DNA of 64,000 bases from the NCBI GenBank assembly GCA_012295275.1, contig CM022676.1, forward strand, positions 13,578,001-13,642,000, given 5' to 3'. This DNA comes from Chrysomallon squamiferum (lineage: Eukaryota > Animalia > Mollusca). Position 1 is the first letter of the stretch. Each line of letters begins with the position of its first letter. The notes under the pieces are model-generated. The model had not been told where the DNA came from, ran no database searches, and saw only the letters and a program-made list of their open reading frames with translations. Of the stretch, positions 1 through 15,200 are shown piece by piece. A program made the translations under genes and the position numbers.

Positions 1-1949
1 CAAGTTCATTATATACAGAGGTAATCAGGTATTGCGGTAGATAGGTTTTTTCTACGAAATGGGAATTCTACCAGATGGGAAGACACCCTTCTGTCATACT
101 AAAGTACTGAAAGCAATGTGTTTATAACTGAGCATGTTTTAATTTTTCCTTTGTGTTGACAGCATTATATATTTTTTAATTTTCTATTTCAGTGACGTAT
201 TTTTTGTATAAAATAATTCATTAGTCATTTCACATAATTCAAAAGCACCTTCCTCACATTTAACCAAATACATTTTATTTGATGTATAATAAAGAAAAAT
301 AGTTATAAAACAAAAAGTTATTTGGAATAATTTGTGATTGTTTGAATGTTAATATAGAAATTTGTAAGTTTATTAATCTTGAATCACTGTTTAGAGAAAT
401 CCCTTTTTTTTTTTTTTATTTTTTTTATTTTTAATTTATTTATTTATTTATGTTTTTTAGGAAAAAATATTATTGCTTATATTTTTATTTCTACTAATTT
501 TTACATTTCAGCCAAGGGTGCTGAAAATGTTTTGTGAGTATTTTCATTATTATTATTATTATTATTAGTAGTAGTAGTAGTAGTAGTAGTAGTAATAGTA
601 AAAGGAGATGAGTAAAAATGAAAAGGGAAAAAATAATCCTAATCTGTTGTTAATTCCCTTGTTATTTTGTACTATTGCATTCTGTAGATGACTATAATAG
701 ACAGTTTTAATGTTTGTATTTCAATAGTGATTATTTATATGCCACTCTAAATTATTTTTTCCTTGTGAGAAACATAGTTAGTTAAATTTTCTTATTTATT
801 TATGCAGCTCACATTGGAACAGTCTTTTATTCAGGTATACCAAAACTTTTTAGTTTTGATTATCATATTTATTAAATATGCTTGGGTCACTTACAAGGAA
901 ACATTTACATGCAGATAATGTGACAAAAACAGATAGCCTGAATTCTGCCTAACTATCCATTTAAAACCCCAACAAATTCCAGATCTGAAACAAAATATTG
1001 AACTTGAAAAATGAGAAATGATATTCACAAATTAAAACTGACATACTTTTAATTTGAAACATTCTGATAATTTAAAATTAAATCCTATATTCTGTACAAT
1101 ACGTTGAGTTGTTACATGAACAAAGAAAATACATAAACTTTGTAGTTTTTACAGAACAAAATTATTTTCTTCTAAAGTAACAAATAAGATGTAATAAAAA
1201 TAACACAAATATTCTATTAATTTTCCAGTACATTTCCAAACCTTAGATGTTCAAATGTTCAAGCCTGCTTTTGTGCCCACCTCTTTAAGAGAATATTCAA
1301 TCATTTTCATCACAGCACGTTTTGTTATGGTTTAACTGTGTCAGCTGTTTTATTTTTGTAATGTTTAGTAAAGTATGTTATTTTCTTAATTTTTAATGAA
1401 AGGCATGGTTTCAACATTTTTGGTTTCTGTTTGTGAATTATTAATGGAGATTATTAAACATTTTTTATTTATTGTTTTATATTTTAATTTCGTTTGTTTC
1501 TCTTTTTATTTCATTTGGATACTAATCCAGTATCATGCATTCTTAATATTTTATGTGCTGTGTAAGACAGATTCAGATAAAACATATGTATGTATGTATG
1601 GAGAGACATAAAGAGAGAAACACACACACATACATAATCACATGTGTGTGTGAATGTGTGTGTGTGTGTGTGTGTGTGTTTGGACAGAAATATTGGACAT
1701 GTACTGGTACTAATACAAAATCCATAATTATTGTTAAAGTGATCCAGGATTATTTTCTAATGGATTTCACAAAATTAGAATAAGTTTAGTGAATGAAGAC
1801 TGATGTGTGTATGAAAGAATAATGGAAATGGAATCTATTTAAATAAATTTATGCAGTTGCATCTTTTACTTCCTGTGATATGCAAATGCATGATTAGTAC
1901 TGAATGGGATATATATTTGCATGCTTTCATATTGTGAAGACATTAAATT

Positions 1950-1985
<36 letters not shown>

Positions 1986-3374
1986 CATACATACATATAT
2001 GTATGTGTGTATGTTAAAGGTTAAATTTGAAAAACAATTGAAGTTTAAAACATCTTGCATGTGTATGTGAAAGAAAACACTCATAAAGTCATATTATTTT
2101 CATACGTTTACTAAAAACTATTAGCTATTTAGAATATAATGCAAGATATAATGATGATAAAAATAGTAACAATAATAAAAAGATACAAAACTTAAATAGT
2201 TTTATCATCTTCATAGTTTTATAAATCTACAGATAATTAATTTGAGTCCATTGTATAATAACTGATTATTTTCAAAATTCTTTTTTTATTTATATTTTTT
2301 GTGATATATTGTCCAATTTGGAAAAAGCTAAAATAAATTACAATTTAAACAACATATCCTTTCTTACATAAAAACTTTAGCATGTGTCTGTTAAATATTA
2401 TAAATACATTTGTTTTTTAAATTTAGGTTTAGCCATTTTAATTAATATTAATGTTCTTTTAGTAAAAATGTGCTTTTGCATTTTTTACTATTTTGCTCAG
2501 TCAAGTAGGTATTGATCAAGATATCAAAATAGAAATCAATAAATATCATTGTAAATTAAACCCAGTTTGCTAAATACATCATTTGTGCAAAAAATTCAGA
2601 TGTGTAGATTATTTGGAATCTTTATTGAAATAATTTTCAGACATGGATTTAATGTGTAGTCTGTACAAATGTTGCTATGGAATTTTAGTACTTTGTCAAA
2701 ACTGTAGAACATTATTAAAACAGGAACATCCTGGAAACTACTCATGGAGAGAGTGACAAACTTGTGTTTGCTACCACCAAAACCATGGAATAGGTATGCT
2801 TAACCCACTGTGACCAAGTTCAGTGGAGGAAGATTCAGCATGTTGTTTCAATTTTCCAGTACAAAGAAGACAGGGCTGACCGTAGTTGTGCAACTAGCAT
2901 CAAAGCTGTCCCACTCACACCAGGGACCAGGTTGGGGATATTCTTTGCAGAGAGTTCCCAGGCAGTACCCATGTAATTTACTGTTGGGTTTGAAATGAAC
3001 TCTCCCAAACAAGTAATTTGAACATCGTTCAAAGTACTTGTACCCTGAACATTTTCTGTACCATCCCTTCGTTTAACTTACACCAGTTGCTCTGATTCTC
3101 ACCATCCCTTTCACAAATGCTGGTGAGACCACTGTATATATATATATATATAGCCATACATGAGTGTGTTTGTATGTATATACTGTGCTGAATACATTTA
3201 ACAGCTGCTATATGAAATGTAGACCACATGATTAGATGTTGAAATTATTTAATTAATCCAGCATTTCTGAATGTAGCCAGCAGTAACCTGTTGTCACGGT
3301 GTGAACATCGTTACTTTAATGTCAACTGAGGAAATGGAGGGGTACATTTACCAAAATGGTGAGATACTCAATAA

Positions 3375-3427
<53 letters not shown>

Positions 3428-3429
3428 AC

Positions 3430-4638
3430 TATTGGCATTGATGAAAGCACTACATTGTTGTCTTATGCTTCGAATGAGAGTATTAATCTCAGGAACAATA
3501 ATTGTGTTCAGAGCAATGGACATTAAGAACTTGAGAATGGTTTATGCATATTCTATAGCCCAGTAGGTCCCATGCATGCTCAGTTGGGAACAAGTCAGCA
3601 GATTTTGGTGGCCTGTTCAACACTTGGATGTGTTTCCTCTCAGGAAGATTAGTGGTTAGCCTAGCAGTATGTGGTCTAGAGTTGTCATGTTGAAACAGAA
3701 AGCCAGGATGCTGCTGCAGGAATGGAATGGCTACTGGTGTATTGATCTCGTCACAGTAACATTGAGCAGTCATGTTCTCGTGAATGAAAACAAGATCTGT
3801 TTTACCTCTACTATGAATGCCGGCCCACACAATAACTTTACTGCCGCCATATCGGTCTTGCTGAATGACGTCTACATCTCCCATTCACCTCCATACATGA
3901 TGCAGACAATCTGCAAACAGAACACAAAACCTGGATTCCTCTGTGAATAATGTCTGATTCAGTGTTGGTTTATTCTGGCCCATCTCAAACGTTCCTGAAC
4001 GTGACGCGCTGTCAGGGGAACGGCTACAACAGGGCGACCTGCTTGTAATCCAGCAGCGTGGAGATGGCTACAGACAGTTTCAGCATGAATTCTAGTGCCT
4101 GTGGTTTGCTGCAAAGTATGAGCCAAACATGGAGCATTTTTGAACTGTGACATAGATATGACATGACTGAATACCTGTCTTTCCTTGGAGTAGTTAATCG
4201 TGGTCTACCAGAACGAGGTTGATTTAGCATTTGCCCAGTTTAGTGTATGTGTTGTCGGAGTTGCGATGTGGTACTGTCATTAACACGAAAGTACTGAGAG
4301 ACATCGTGTCCATTTTGACCGGCATTAAGCCGTCCTATTGCTTCATGATTTGCCGTTAAGCCTGGATATTATAACAGGATACATTTTTCCTTTTGTTTTT
4401 GGATAATGTTGGCTGAGTGCATACAAATGTGATTTCAGTGCATCTGTATTGCACACACTTCTGTGACAGCATGTGGAGTAGGCATAGCGGTGTGCGATAT
4501 GACAAATGGTGTTCTTTTCATTAACGAAAGCGACAGGGCATTCACAACTAACATATTACCAACTTTTATAACTGCATTTTAATTTATTTGGAAGCAACAG
4601 CATTTACATAAACTTGCTAAACTTTTTTGGTTAAGTAT
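3430..4638 (-). mobile_element. Degenerate Tc1/mariner DNA transposon (frameshifted transposase)
   Basis: Overlapping minus ORFs give RSGRPRLTTPRKDRY (HTH linker), GGSKVIVWAGI, FQHDNSRPH and PPKSADLFPTEHAWDLLG, matching the Tc1 DDE motifs QDNARPH and WPxxSPDLNPIExxW. Split over several frames and bounded by (TG)n and (TA)n tracts. Confidence 0.9.
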
Positions 4639-4694
4639 ACATATATATACATACATACATATATACATATACACATATACATATACATATATAC

Positions 4695-4772
<78 letters not shown>
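4638..4772. repeat. (TA)n/(TACA)n microsatellite
   Basis: Directly visible. Confidence 0.95.
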
Positions 4773-4773
<1 letters not shown>

Positions 4774-6037
4774 AAGCTGTTACAATTGCTATAATACAGC
4801 GATGCCATTATAATTATTTCATCTGTACTGTCTATATTACTTTTATTTATTTTGCAGGCAGACAAATACTAATGCATAATGTGTATTACGAGGTAATCCC
4901 ACAGTTGAGTTTTGTTTTAACTGAAATTTATAAAATTAACAGCCCCTGAAAAATATAATTATTAAAAATATCAAATAATTGTGAAGGTCAAACAGATCTG
5001 ATTCAAAAAAATTCTTGTCTTGTTTTTTGTTCTTGTTTTTTTTCTTTTGGCTCAATTTGATTCATGATAAACCTCTGAAATGAAAATGCAATATATTTAT
5101 GTCTTAAATAACTGATTGGTATAGATCTTGTGTGAAAATATTCTTTCCGATATTATTTTCAGCAGATAAGATAGAAGTATACATTATATAAGTTCATGAA
5201 ACGAGGATGAAATTATATGTCGTCTTATAGATAATATAGAATAATCAAATATCTTTTACAAAAGCGACAAACACTTCAGTAAACTCTTCATTTTGTATCT
5301 ATCTTATTCTCAATCATTTTAACAGGTGATTCAAATTTGATATTTGTGGCCAAAGTGGGCTGAACCACCAGTTTTCAGACCGACATATCTCAGTAAACAG
5401 CAGTCTGTTATCGTTGATGGAAAGGTTATTCCTTACCAAATCCAAATTTGTGATTACTTTTAGCATTGGAGGTCAAATGTTCATAACCTTACTCTTCATA
5501 AGTAAGCTCTAGCTTCCTGTTTTACAGTTTCTGTCGCAACAGCAATTGTTTTTTTCTTTTCACTTTTATTTTTTTACAAAAAAATAGACAGGGATTTCAG
5601 TTTTATTAGCTTTTCCTTTCCAAACAAGATACAAACTTGAATACGACTTTTATGTTAAAGTTTGAAATGTACTTTCATTGTTTGTGTCGATGTCATCCAT
5701 CAGTTTCTTCTCAATATTCTTTTCATTAAGTTTAATTAGGTAGTCACAGCATACCTGGTCACATAATAGATTAGTTGTACAAGCAACTTTCTTTGTAAAT
5801 ATCCAAACTGACCAGTATTTTAAGACATCCACAATATTCTTCAACAGCCCTATATTCTTCAATATTCTTCAACAGTGCATTATAAATATCTATCCTTTGT
5901 TTTAATGGTTTTGAACCACTATGTAGATTTTGAATTTTCTTTGTTTCTGTATTTATTGTTTTATTTTCATTTTCAAGTTCCTTTGCAAAAAGGTTTCTAT
6001 AACAACTGGATCAGTTTGGTTTCTTCAGTTACTAATG

Positions 6038-6237
6038 NNNNNNNNNNNNNNNNNNNNNNNNNNNNNNNNNNNNNNNNNNNNNNNNNNNNNNNNNNNNNNN
6101 NNNNNNNNNNNNNNNNNNNNNNNNNNNNNNNNNNNNNNNNNNNNNNNNNNNNNNNNNNNNNNNNNNNNNNNNNNNNNNNNNNNNNNNNNNNNNNNNNNNN
6201 NNNNNNNNNNNNNNNNNNNNNNNNNNNNNNNNNNNNN
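6038..6237. other. Assembly gap (200 N)
   Basis: Run of N. Confidence 1.
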
Positions 6238-9200
6238 ACTAGGGGTTAAAGTTAGTATTATGGTTAGATTTAGTTATCTGTTTACCTTATGACTAGGGTT
6301 AAAGTTAGTATTATGGCTAGATTTAGTTTATCTGTTTACCTTATGACTAGGGTTAAAGTTAGTATTATGGTTAGATTTAGTTATCTGTTTACTCCTATGA
6401 CTAGGGTTAAAGTTAGTATTATTATCTGTTAGATTTAGTTATCTGTTTTACCTTTATGACTAGGGTTAAAGTTAGAGATTTAGTTATCTGTTTACCTTTT
6501 ATGACTAGGGTTAAAGTTAGTATTATGGTTAGATTTTAGTTATCTGTTTTACCTTATGACTAGGGTTAAAGTTAGTATTATGGTTAGATTTAGTTATCTG
6601 TTTACCTTATTATGACTAGGGTTAAATTTAGTTAGATTTATTATGAGATTTAGATTTTCTTATCTGTTTACCTTATGACTAGGGTTAAAGTTAGTATTAT
6701 GGTTAGATTTAGTTATCTGTTTTTACCTTATGACTAGGGTTAAAGTTAGTATTATGGTTAGATTTAGTTATCTGTTTACCTTATGACTAGGGTTAAAGTT
6801 AGTATTATGGTTAGATTTAGTTATCTGTTTACCTTATGACTAGGTTAAAGTTAGTATTATGGTTAGATTTAGTTATCTGTTTACCTTATGACTAGGGTTA
6901 AAGTTAGTATTATGGTTAGATTTTTAGTTATCTGTTTTACCCTTATGACTAGGGTTAAAGTTAGTATTATGGTTAGATTTAGTTATCTGTTTACCTTATG
7001 ACTAGGGTTAAAGTTAGTATTATGGTTAGATTTAGTTATCTGTTTACCTCATGACTAGGGTTAAAGTTAGTATTATGGTTAGATTTAGTTATCTGTTTAC
7101 CTTATGACTAGGGTTAAAGTTAGTATTATGGTTAGATTTAGTTATCTGTTTACCTTATGACTAGGGTTAAAGTTAGTATTATGGTTAGATTTAGTTATCT
7201 GTTTACCTTATGACTAGGGTTAAAGTTAGTTTATATATGGTTAGATTTAGTTATTTGTTTATCTGTTTTATGACTAGGGTTAAAGTTAGTATTATGGTTA
7301 GATTTAGTTATCTGTTTACCTTATGACTAGGGTTAAAGTTAGTATTATGGTTAGATTTATTTTATCTGTTTACTTTATGACTAGGGTTAAAGTTAGTATT
7401 ATGGTTAGATTTAGTTATCTGTTTACCTTATGACTAGGGTTAAAGTTAGTATTATGGTTAGATTTAGTTATCTGTTTACCTTATGACTAGGGTTAAAGTT
7501 AGTATTATGGTTAGATTTAGTTATCTGTTTACCTTATGACTAGGGTTAAAGTTAGTATTATGGTTAGATTTAGTTATCTGTTTTACCTTTATGACTAGGG
7601 TTAAAGTTAGTATTATGGTTAGATTTAGTTATCTGTTTACCTTTTATGACTAGGGTTAAAGTTAGTATTATGGTTAGATTTAGTTATCTGTTTACCTTTA
7701 TGACTAGGGTTAAAGTTAGTATTATGGTTAGATTTAGTTATCTGTTTACCTTTATGACTAGGGTTAAAGGGTTAAAGTTAGTATTATGGTTAGATTTAGT
7801 TATCTGTTTACCTTATGACTAGGGTTAAAGTTAGTATTATGGTTAGATTTATTTTTTATTTATCTGTTTACCTTATGACTAGGGTTAAAGTTAGTATTAT
7901 GGTTAGATTTAGTTATCTGTTTACCTTATGACTAGGGTTAAAGTTAGTATTATGGCTAGATTTAGTAATCTGTTTACCTTATGACTAGGGTTAAAGTTAG
8001 TATTATGGTTAGATTTAGTTATCTGTTTACCTTATGACTAGGGTTAAAGTTAGTATTATGGTTAGATTTAGTTATCTGTTTACCTTATGACTAGGTTAAA
8101 GGGTTAATTTTTAGTATTATGGTTAGATTTAGTTTATCTGTTTAGTTTCTGTTTATGACTAGGTTTTAAAGTTAGTATTATATGGTTAGATTTAGTTATC
8201 TGTTTTACCTTATGACTAGGGTTAAAGTTAGTATTATGGTTAGATTTAGTTATCTGTTTTACCTTATGACTAGGGTTAAAGTTAGTATTATGGTTAGATT
8301 TAGTTATCTGTTTACCTTTATGACTAGGGTTAAAGTTAGTATTATGGTTAGATTTAGTTATCTGTTTTACTTTTATGACTAGGGTTAAAGTTAGTATTAT
8401 GGTTAGATTTAGTTATCTGTTTACCTTATGACTAGGGTTAAAGTTAGTATTATGGTTAGATTTAGTTATCTGTTTACCTTATGACTAGGGTTAAAGTTAG
8501 TATTATGGTTAGATTTAGTTATCTGTTTACCTTATGACTAGGGTTAAAGTTAGTATTATGGTTAGATTTTAGTTATCTGTTTACCTTATGACTAGGGTTA
8601 AAGTTAGTATTATGGTTAGATTTTTAGTTATCTGTTTACCTTATGACTAGGGTTAAAGTTAGTATTATGGTTAGATTTAGTTATCTGTTTTACCTTATGA
8701 CTAGGGTTAAAAAGTTAGTATTATGGTTAGATTTAGTTATCTGTTTTACCTTTTATGACTAGGGTTAAAGTTAGTATTATGGTTAGATTTTAGTTATCTG
8801 TTTTACCTTATGACTAGGGTTTAAAGTTAGTATTATATTAGATTTATTTATTTATCTGTTTACCTTATGACTAGGGTTAAAGTTAGTATTATATTAGATT
8901 TTATTTATCTGTTTACCTTATGACTAGGGTTAAAGTTAGTATTATGGTTAGATTTAGTTATCTGTTTACCTTATGACTAGGGTTAAAGTTAGTATTATGG
9001 TTAGATTTAGTTATCTGTTTTACTTTTATGACTAGGGTTAAAGTTAGTATTATGGTTAGATTTAGTTATCTGTTTTTACCTTATGACTAGGGTTAAAGTT
9101 AGTATTATGGTTAGATTTAGTTATCTGTTTTACCTTATGACTAGGGTTAAAGTTAGTATTATGGTTAGATTTAGTTATCTGTTTTTACTTATTATGACTA

Positions 9201-12200
9201 GGGTTAAAGTTAGTATTATGGTTAGATTTAGTTATCTGTTTACCTTATGACTAGGGTTAAAGTTAGTATTATGGTTAGATTTAGTTATCTGTTTACCTTA
9301 TGACTAGGGTTAAAGTTAGTATTATGGTTAGATTTAGTTATCTGTTTACCTTATGACTAGGGTTAAAGTTAGTATTATGGTTAGATTTAGTTATCTGTTT
9401 ACCTTATGACTAGGGTTAAAGTTAGTATTATGGTTAGATTTAGTTATCTGTTTTACCTTTATGACTAGGGTTAAAGTTAGTTATTATGGTTAGATTTAGT
9501 TTTATCTGTTTACCTTATGACTAGGGTTAAAGTTAGTATTATGGTTAGATTTAGTTATTTGTTTACCTTATGACTAGGGTTAAAGATTTATTATTATGAC
9601 TATTTAGATTTATTTATCTGTTTTACCTTTTGACTTATGGTTAGGGTTAAATTTAGTATTATGGTTAGATTTAGTTATCTGTTTACCTTTTAGGGTTAGG
9701 TTTTAAAGTTAGTATTATGGTTAGATTTAGTTATCTGTTTACCTTATGACTAGGTTAAAGTTAGTATTATGGTTAGATTTAGTTATCTGTTTACCTTATG
9801 ACTAGGGTTAAAGTTAGTATTATGGTTAGATTTATTTATCTGTTTACCTTATGACTAGGGTTAAAGTTAGTATTATGGTTAGATTTAGTTATCTGTTTAC
9901 CTTATGACTAGGGTTAAAGTTAGTATTATGGTTAGATTTAGTTATCTGTTTTTATTTTTATGACTAGGGTTAAAGTTAGTATTATGGTTAGATTTAGTTA
10001 TCTGTTTTACCCCTTATGACTAGGGTTAAAGTTAGTATTATGGTTAGATTTAGTTATCTGTTTACCTTATGACTAGGGTTAAAGTTAGTATTATTAGTAT
10101 TATGGTTAGATTTAGTTATCTGTTTTACCTTATGACTAGGGTTAAAGTTATTATTATGGTTAGATTTAGTTATCTGTTTACCTTATGACTAGGGTTAAAG
10201 TTAGTATTATATTTTAGATTTAGATTTTTTATCTGTTGTTTTGGTTTTTATTATAAAAGTTAAATTAGTATTATGGGGTTTTAGTTATTGTTTATTATGG
10301 TTAAATTTAGTATTATGGTTAGATTTATTTATCTTTTTACCTTATGACTAGGGTTAAAGTTAGTATTATGGTTAGATTTAGTTATCTGTTTACCTTATGA
10401 CTAGGGTTAAAGTTAGTATTATGGTTAGATTTAGTTATCTGTTTACCTTTTATGACTAGGGTTAAAGTTAGTATTATGGTTAGATTTAGTTATCTGTTTA
10501 CCTTATGACTAGGGTTAAAGTTAGTATTATGGTTAGATTTAGTTATCTGTTCTGTTTATTTATTATGACTAGGGTTAAAGTTAGATTTTATTTATTGCTT
10601 TAGATTTTATTTTATAGATTTGTTTACCTTATGACTAGGGTTAAAGTTAGTATTATGGTTAGATTTAGTTATCTGTTTACCTTTATGACTAGGGTTAAAG
10701 TTAGTATTATGGTTAGATTTAGTTATCTGTTTACCTTATGACTAGGGGTTAAAGTTAGTATTATGGTTAGATTTTAGTTATCTGTTTACCTTATGACTAG
10801 GGTTAAAGTGTATATTATTTTATCTGTTTTAGATTTATTTATTTGATTTTATCTTATTATGACTAGGGTTAAAGTTAGTATTATTAGATTTAGTTATCTG
10901 TTTACCTTATGACTAGGGTTAAAGTTAGTATTATTATGTTAGATTTAGTTATCTGTTTACCTTATGACTAGGGTTAAAGTTAGTATTATGGTTAGATTTA
11001 TTTATCTGTTTACCTTATGACTAGGGTTAAAGTTAGTATTATGGTTAGATTTAGTTATCTGTTTTACCTTATGACTAGGGTTAAAGTTAGTATTATGGTT
11101 AGATTTTTAGTTATCTGTTTACCTTTATGACTAGGGTTAAAAGTTATTATTATGGTTAGATTTAGTTATCTGTTTACCTTATGACTAGGGTTAAAGTTAG
11201 TATTATGGTTAGATTTATTTTATCTCTTTTTACCTTATGACTAGGGTTAAAGTTAGTATTATGGTTAGATTTAGTTATCTGTTTACCTTATGACTAGGGG
11301 TTAAAGTTAGTATTATGGTTAGATTTATTTTTATATCTCTTTTTACCTTATGACTAGGGTTAAAGTTAGTATTATGGTTAGATTTTAGTTATCTGTTTAC
11401 CTTATGACTAGGGTTAAAGTTAGTATTATGGATTTAGATTTAGTTATCTGTTTACCTTATGACTAGGGTTAAAGTTAGTATTATGGTTAGATTTTAGTTA
11501 TCTGTTTACCTTATGACTAGGGTTAAAGTTAGTATTATGGTTAGATTTAGTTTATCTGTTTACCTTATGACTAGGGTTAAAGTTAGTTATTATTATGGTT
11601 AGATTTAGTTATCTGTTTACCTTATGACTAGGGTTAAAAGTTAGTATTATGGTTAGATTTTTAGTTATCTGTTTACCTTATGACTAGGGTTAAAGTTAGT
11701 ATTATGGTTAGATTTAGTTATCTGTTTTTACTTTTATGACTAGGGTTAAAGTTTAGTATTATGGTTAGATTTAGTTATCTGTTTACCTTATGACTAGGGT
11801 TAAAGTTAGTATTATGGTTAGATTTAGTTATCTGTTTACCTTATGACTAGGGTTAAAGTTAGTATTATGGTTAGATTTAGTTATCTGTTTACCTTATGAC
11901 TAGGGTTAAAGTTAGTATTATGGTTAGATTTAGTTATCTGTTTACCTTATGACTAGGGGTTAAAGTTAGTATTATGGTTTAGATTTATTTATCTGTTTAC
12001 CTTATGACTAGGGTTAAAGTTAGTATTATGGTTAGATTTAGTTATCTGTTTACCTTTATGACTAGGGTTAAAGTTAGTATTATGGTTAGATTTAGTTATC
12101 TGTTTACCTTATGACTAGGGTAAAGTTAGTATTATGGTTAGATTTAGTTATCTGTTTACTTTATGACTAGGGTTAAAGTTAGTATTATGGTTAGATTTAG

Positions 12201-15200
12201 TTATCTGTTTTACCTTATGACTAGGGTTAAAGTTAGTATTATGGTTAGATTTAGTTATCTTTTTACCTTATGACTAGGGTTAAAGTTAGTTATTTTATGG
12301 TTAGATTTAGTTATCTGTTTACCTTATGACTAGGGTTAAAGTTAGTATTATGGTTAGATTTAGTTATCTGTTTACCTTTTATGACTAGGGTTAAAGTTAG
12401 TATTATGGTTAGATTTTTATTATCTGTTTACCTTATGACTAGGGTTAAAGTTAGTATTATGGTTAGATTTAGTTATCTGTTTTACCTTATGACTAGGGTT
12501 AAAGTTAGTATTATGGTTAGATTTAGTTATCTGTTTACCTTATGACTAGGGTTAAAAAGTTATTATTATTATTATGATTTATTTTATTTATTTATTATGT
12601 TTTACTTTTATGACTAGGGTTAAAGTTTAGTATTATGGTTAGATTTATTTATCTGTTTACCTTATGACTAGGGTTAAAGTTAGTATTATGGTTAGATTTA
12701 GTTATCTGTTTACCTTATTATGACTAGGGTTAAAAAGTTAGTATTATGGTTAGATTTAGTTATCTGTTTACCTTATGACTAGGGGGTTAAAGTTAGTATT
12801 ATGGTTAGATTTAGTTATCTGTTTACCTTATGACTAGGGTTAAAGTTAGTATTATGGTTAGATTTTAGTTATCTGTTTTACCTTATGACTAGGGTTAAAG
12901 TTAGTATTATGGTTAGATTTAGTTATCTGTTTACCTTATGACTAGGGTTAAAGTTAGTATTATGGATTTTAGATTTAGTTATTATCTGTTTACCTTTATT
13001 AGGTTAAAGTTAGTATATTTTGGTTAGATTTTTATTATCTGTTTTATGACTAGGGTTAAAGTTAGTATTATGGTTAGATTTAGTTATCTGTTTACCTTAT
13101 GACTAGGGTTAAAGTTAGTATTATTATGGTTAGATTTAGTTTATCTGTTTACCTTATGACTAGGGTTAAAGTTAGTATTATGGTTAGATTTATTTATCTG
13201 TTTACCTTATGACTAGGGTTAAAGTTAGTATTATGGTTAGATTTAGTTATCTGTTTACCTTATGACTAGGGTTAAAGTTAGTATTATGGTTAGATTTAGT
13301 TATCTGTTTACCTTATGACTAGGGTTAAAGTTAGTATTATGGTTAGATTTAGTTATCTGTTTACCTTATGACTAGGGTTAAAGTTAGTATTATGGTTAGA
13401 TTTTTAGTTATCTGTTTTACCTTATGACTAGGTTAAAGTTAGTATTATGGTTAGATTTAGTTATCTGTTTACCTTATGACTAGGGTTAAAGTTAGTATTA
13501 TGGTTAGATTTAGTTATCTGTTTTACCTTATGACTAGGGTTAAAGTTAGTATTATGGTTAGATTTAGTTATCTGTTTTACCTTTTATGACTAGGGTTAAA
13601 GTTAGTATTATGGTTAGATTTAGTTATCTGTTTACCTTATGACTAGGGTTAAAGTTAGTATTATGGTTAGATTTAGTTATCTGTTTACCTTATGACTAGG
13701 GTTAAAGTTAGTATTATGGTTAGATTTAGTTATCTGTTTACCTTATGACTAGGGTTAAAGTTAGTATTATGGTTAGATTTAGTTATCTGTTTACCTTATG
13801 ATTAGGTTAAAGTTAGTATTATGATAGGGTTAAAGTTTATTATGATTATGGTTAGATTTAGTTATCTGTTTACCTTATGACTAGGGTTAAAGTTAGTATT
13901 ATGGTTAGATTTAGTTATCTGTTTACCTTATGACTAGGGTTAAAGTTAGTAGTATTGTTAGATTTAGTTATCTGTTTACCTTATGACTAGGGTTAAAGTT
14001 AGTATTATGGTTAGATTTAGTTATCTGTTTACCTTATGACTAGGGTTAAAGTTAGTATTATGGTTAGATTTAGTTATCTGTTTACCTTATGACTAGGGTT
14101 AAAGTTAGTATTATGGTTAGATTTAGTTATCTGTTTACCTTATGACTAGGTTAAAGTTAGTATTATGGCTAGATTTAGTTATCTGTTTTACCTTATGACT
14201 AGGGTTAAAGTTAGTATTATGGCTAGATTTAGTTATCTGTTTACCTTATGACTAGGGTTAAAGTTAGTATTATGGTTAGATTTAGTTATCTGTTTACCTT
14301 ATGACTAGGGTTAAAGTTAGTATTATGGTTAGATTTAGTTATCTGTTTACCTTATGACTAGGGTTAAAGTTAGTATTATAGATTTAGATTTTAGTTATCT
14401 GTTTTACCTTATGACTAGGGTTAAAGTTAGTATTATGGTTAGATTTAGTTATCTGTTTACCTTATGACTAGGGTTAAAGTTAGTATTATGGTTAGATTTA
14501 GTTTATCTGTTTACCTTATTATGACTAGGGTTAAAGTTAGTATTATGGTTAGATTTAGTTATCTGTTTACCTTATGACTAGGGTTAAAGTTAGTATTATG
14601 GATTTAGATTTAGTTATCTGTTTACCTTATGACTAGGTTTAAAAGGTTAGTTATTTTATGGTTAGATTTAGTTATTATAGTATTATTTTTATTTTTATTA
14701 AGGGGTTAAAGTTAGTATTATGGATTTAGATTTTTTATCTGTTTTTACTTTTATGACTAGGGTTAAAGTTAGTATTATGGTTAGATTTTTATCTGTTTAC
14801 CTTTATGATGAAGGGTTAAAGTTAGTATTGGTTAGATTTAGTTATCTGTTTACCTTATGACTAGGGTTAAAGTTAGTATTATGGGTTAGATTTAGTTATC
14901 TGTTTACCTTTTATGACTAGGGTTAAAGTTAGTATTATGGTTAGATTTAGTTTATCTGTTTACCTTTATGACTGTTTTAGTATTATGGTTAGATTTTAGT
15001 TATCTGTTTTATTTTATGACTAGGGTTAAAGTTAGTATTATGGTTAGATTTAGTTATCTGTTTACCTTATGACTAGGGTTAAAGTTAGTATTATGGTTAG
15101 ATTTAGTTATCTGTTTACCTTATGACTAGGGTTAAAGTTAGTATTATGGTTAGATTTAGTTATCTGTTTACCTTTTATGACTAGGGTTTTAGTTATTATG

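Noticed and set aside
1396-2084. Short ORFs rich in CV, YI, I or L repeats (also 3384, 4617, 22871, 27637, 28649, 36759, 43429)
   Set aside because: Translations of microsatellites or low-complexity AT-rich DNA.
2690-3135. GC-richer patch ending in a CAGTGG terminus next to (TA)n
   Set aside because: Probably a transposon fragment, but I found no recognisable motif or second terminus.
5200-6037. Possible continuation of the Ig gene beyond the gaps
   Set aside because: No Ig motif or completion of the truncated exon was found in the minus-strand frames examined.
5875-6292. ORFs spanning N runs (also 21698-21980)
   Set aside because: Artefacts of translating assembly gaps.
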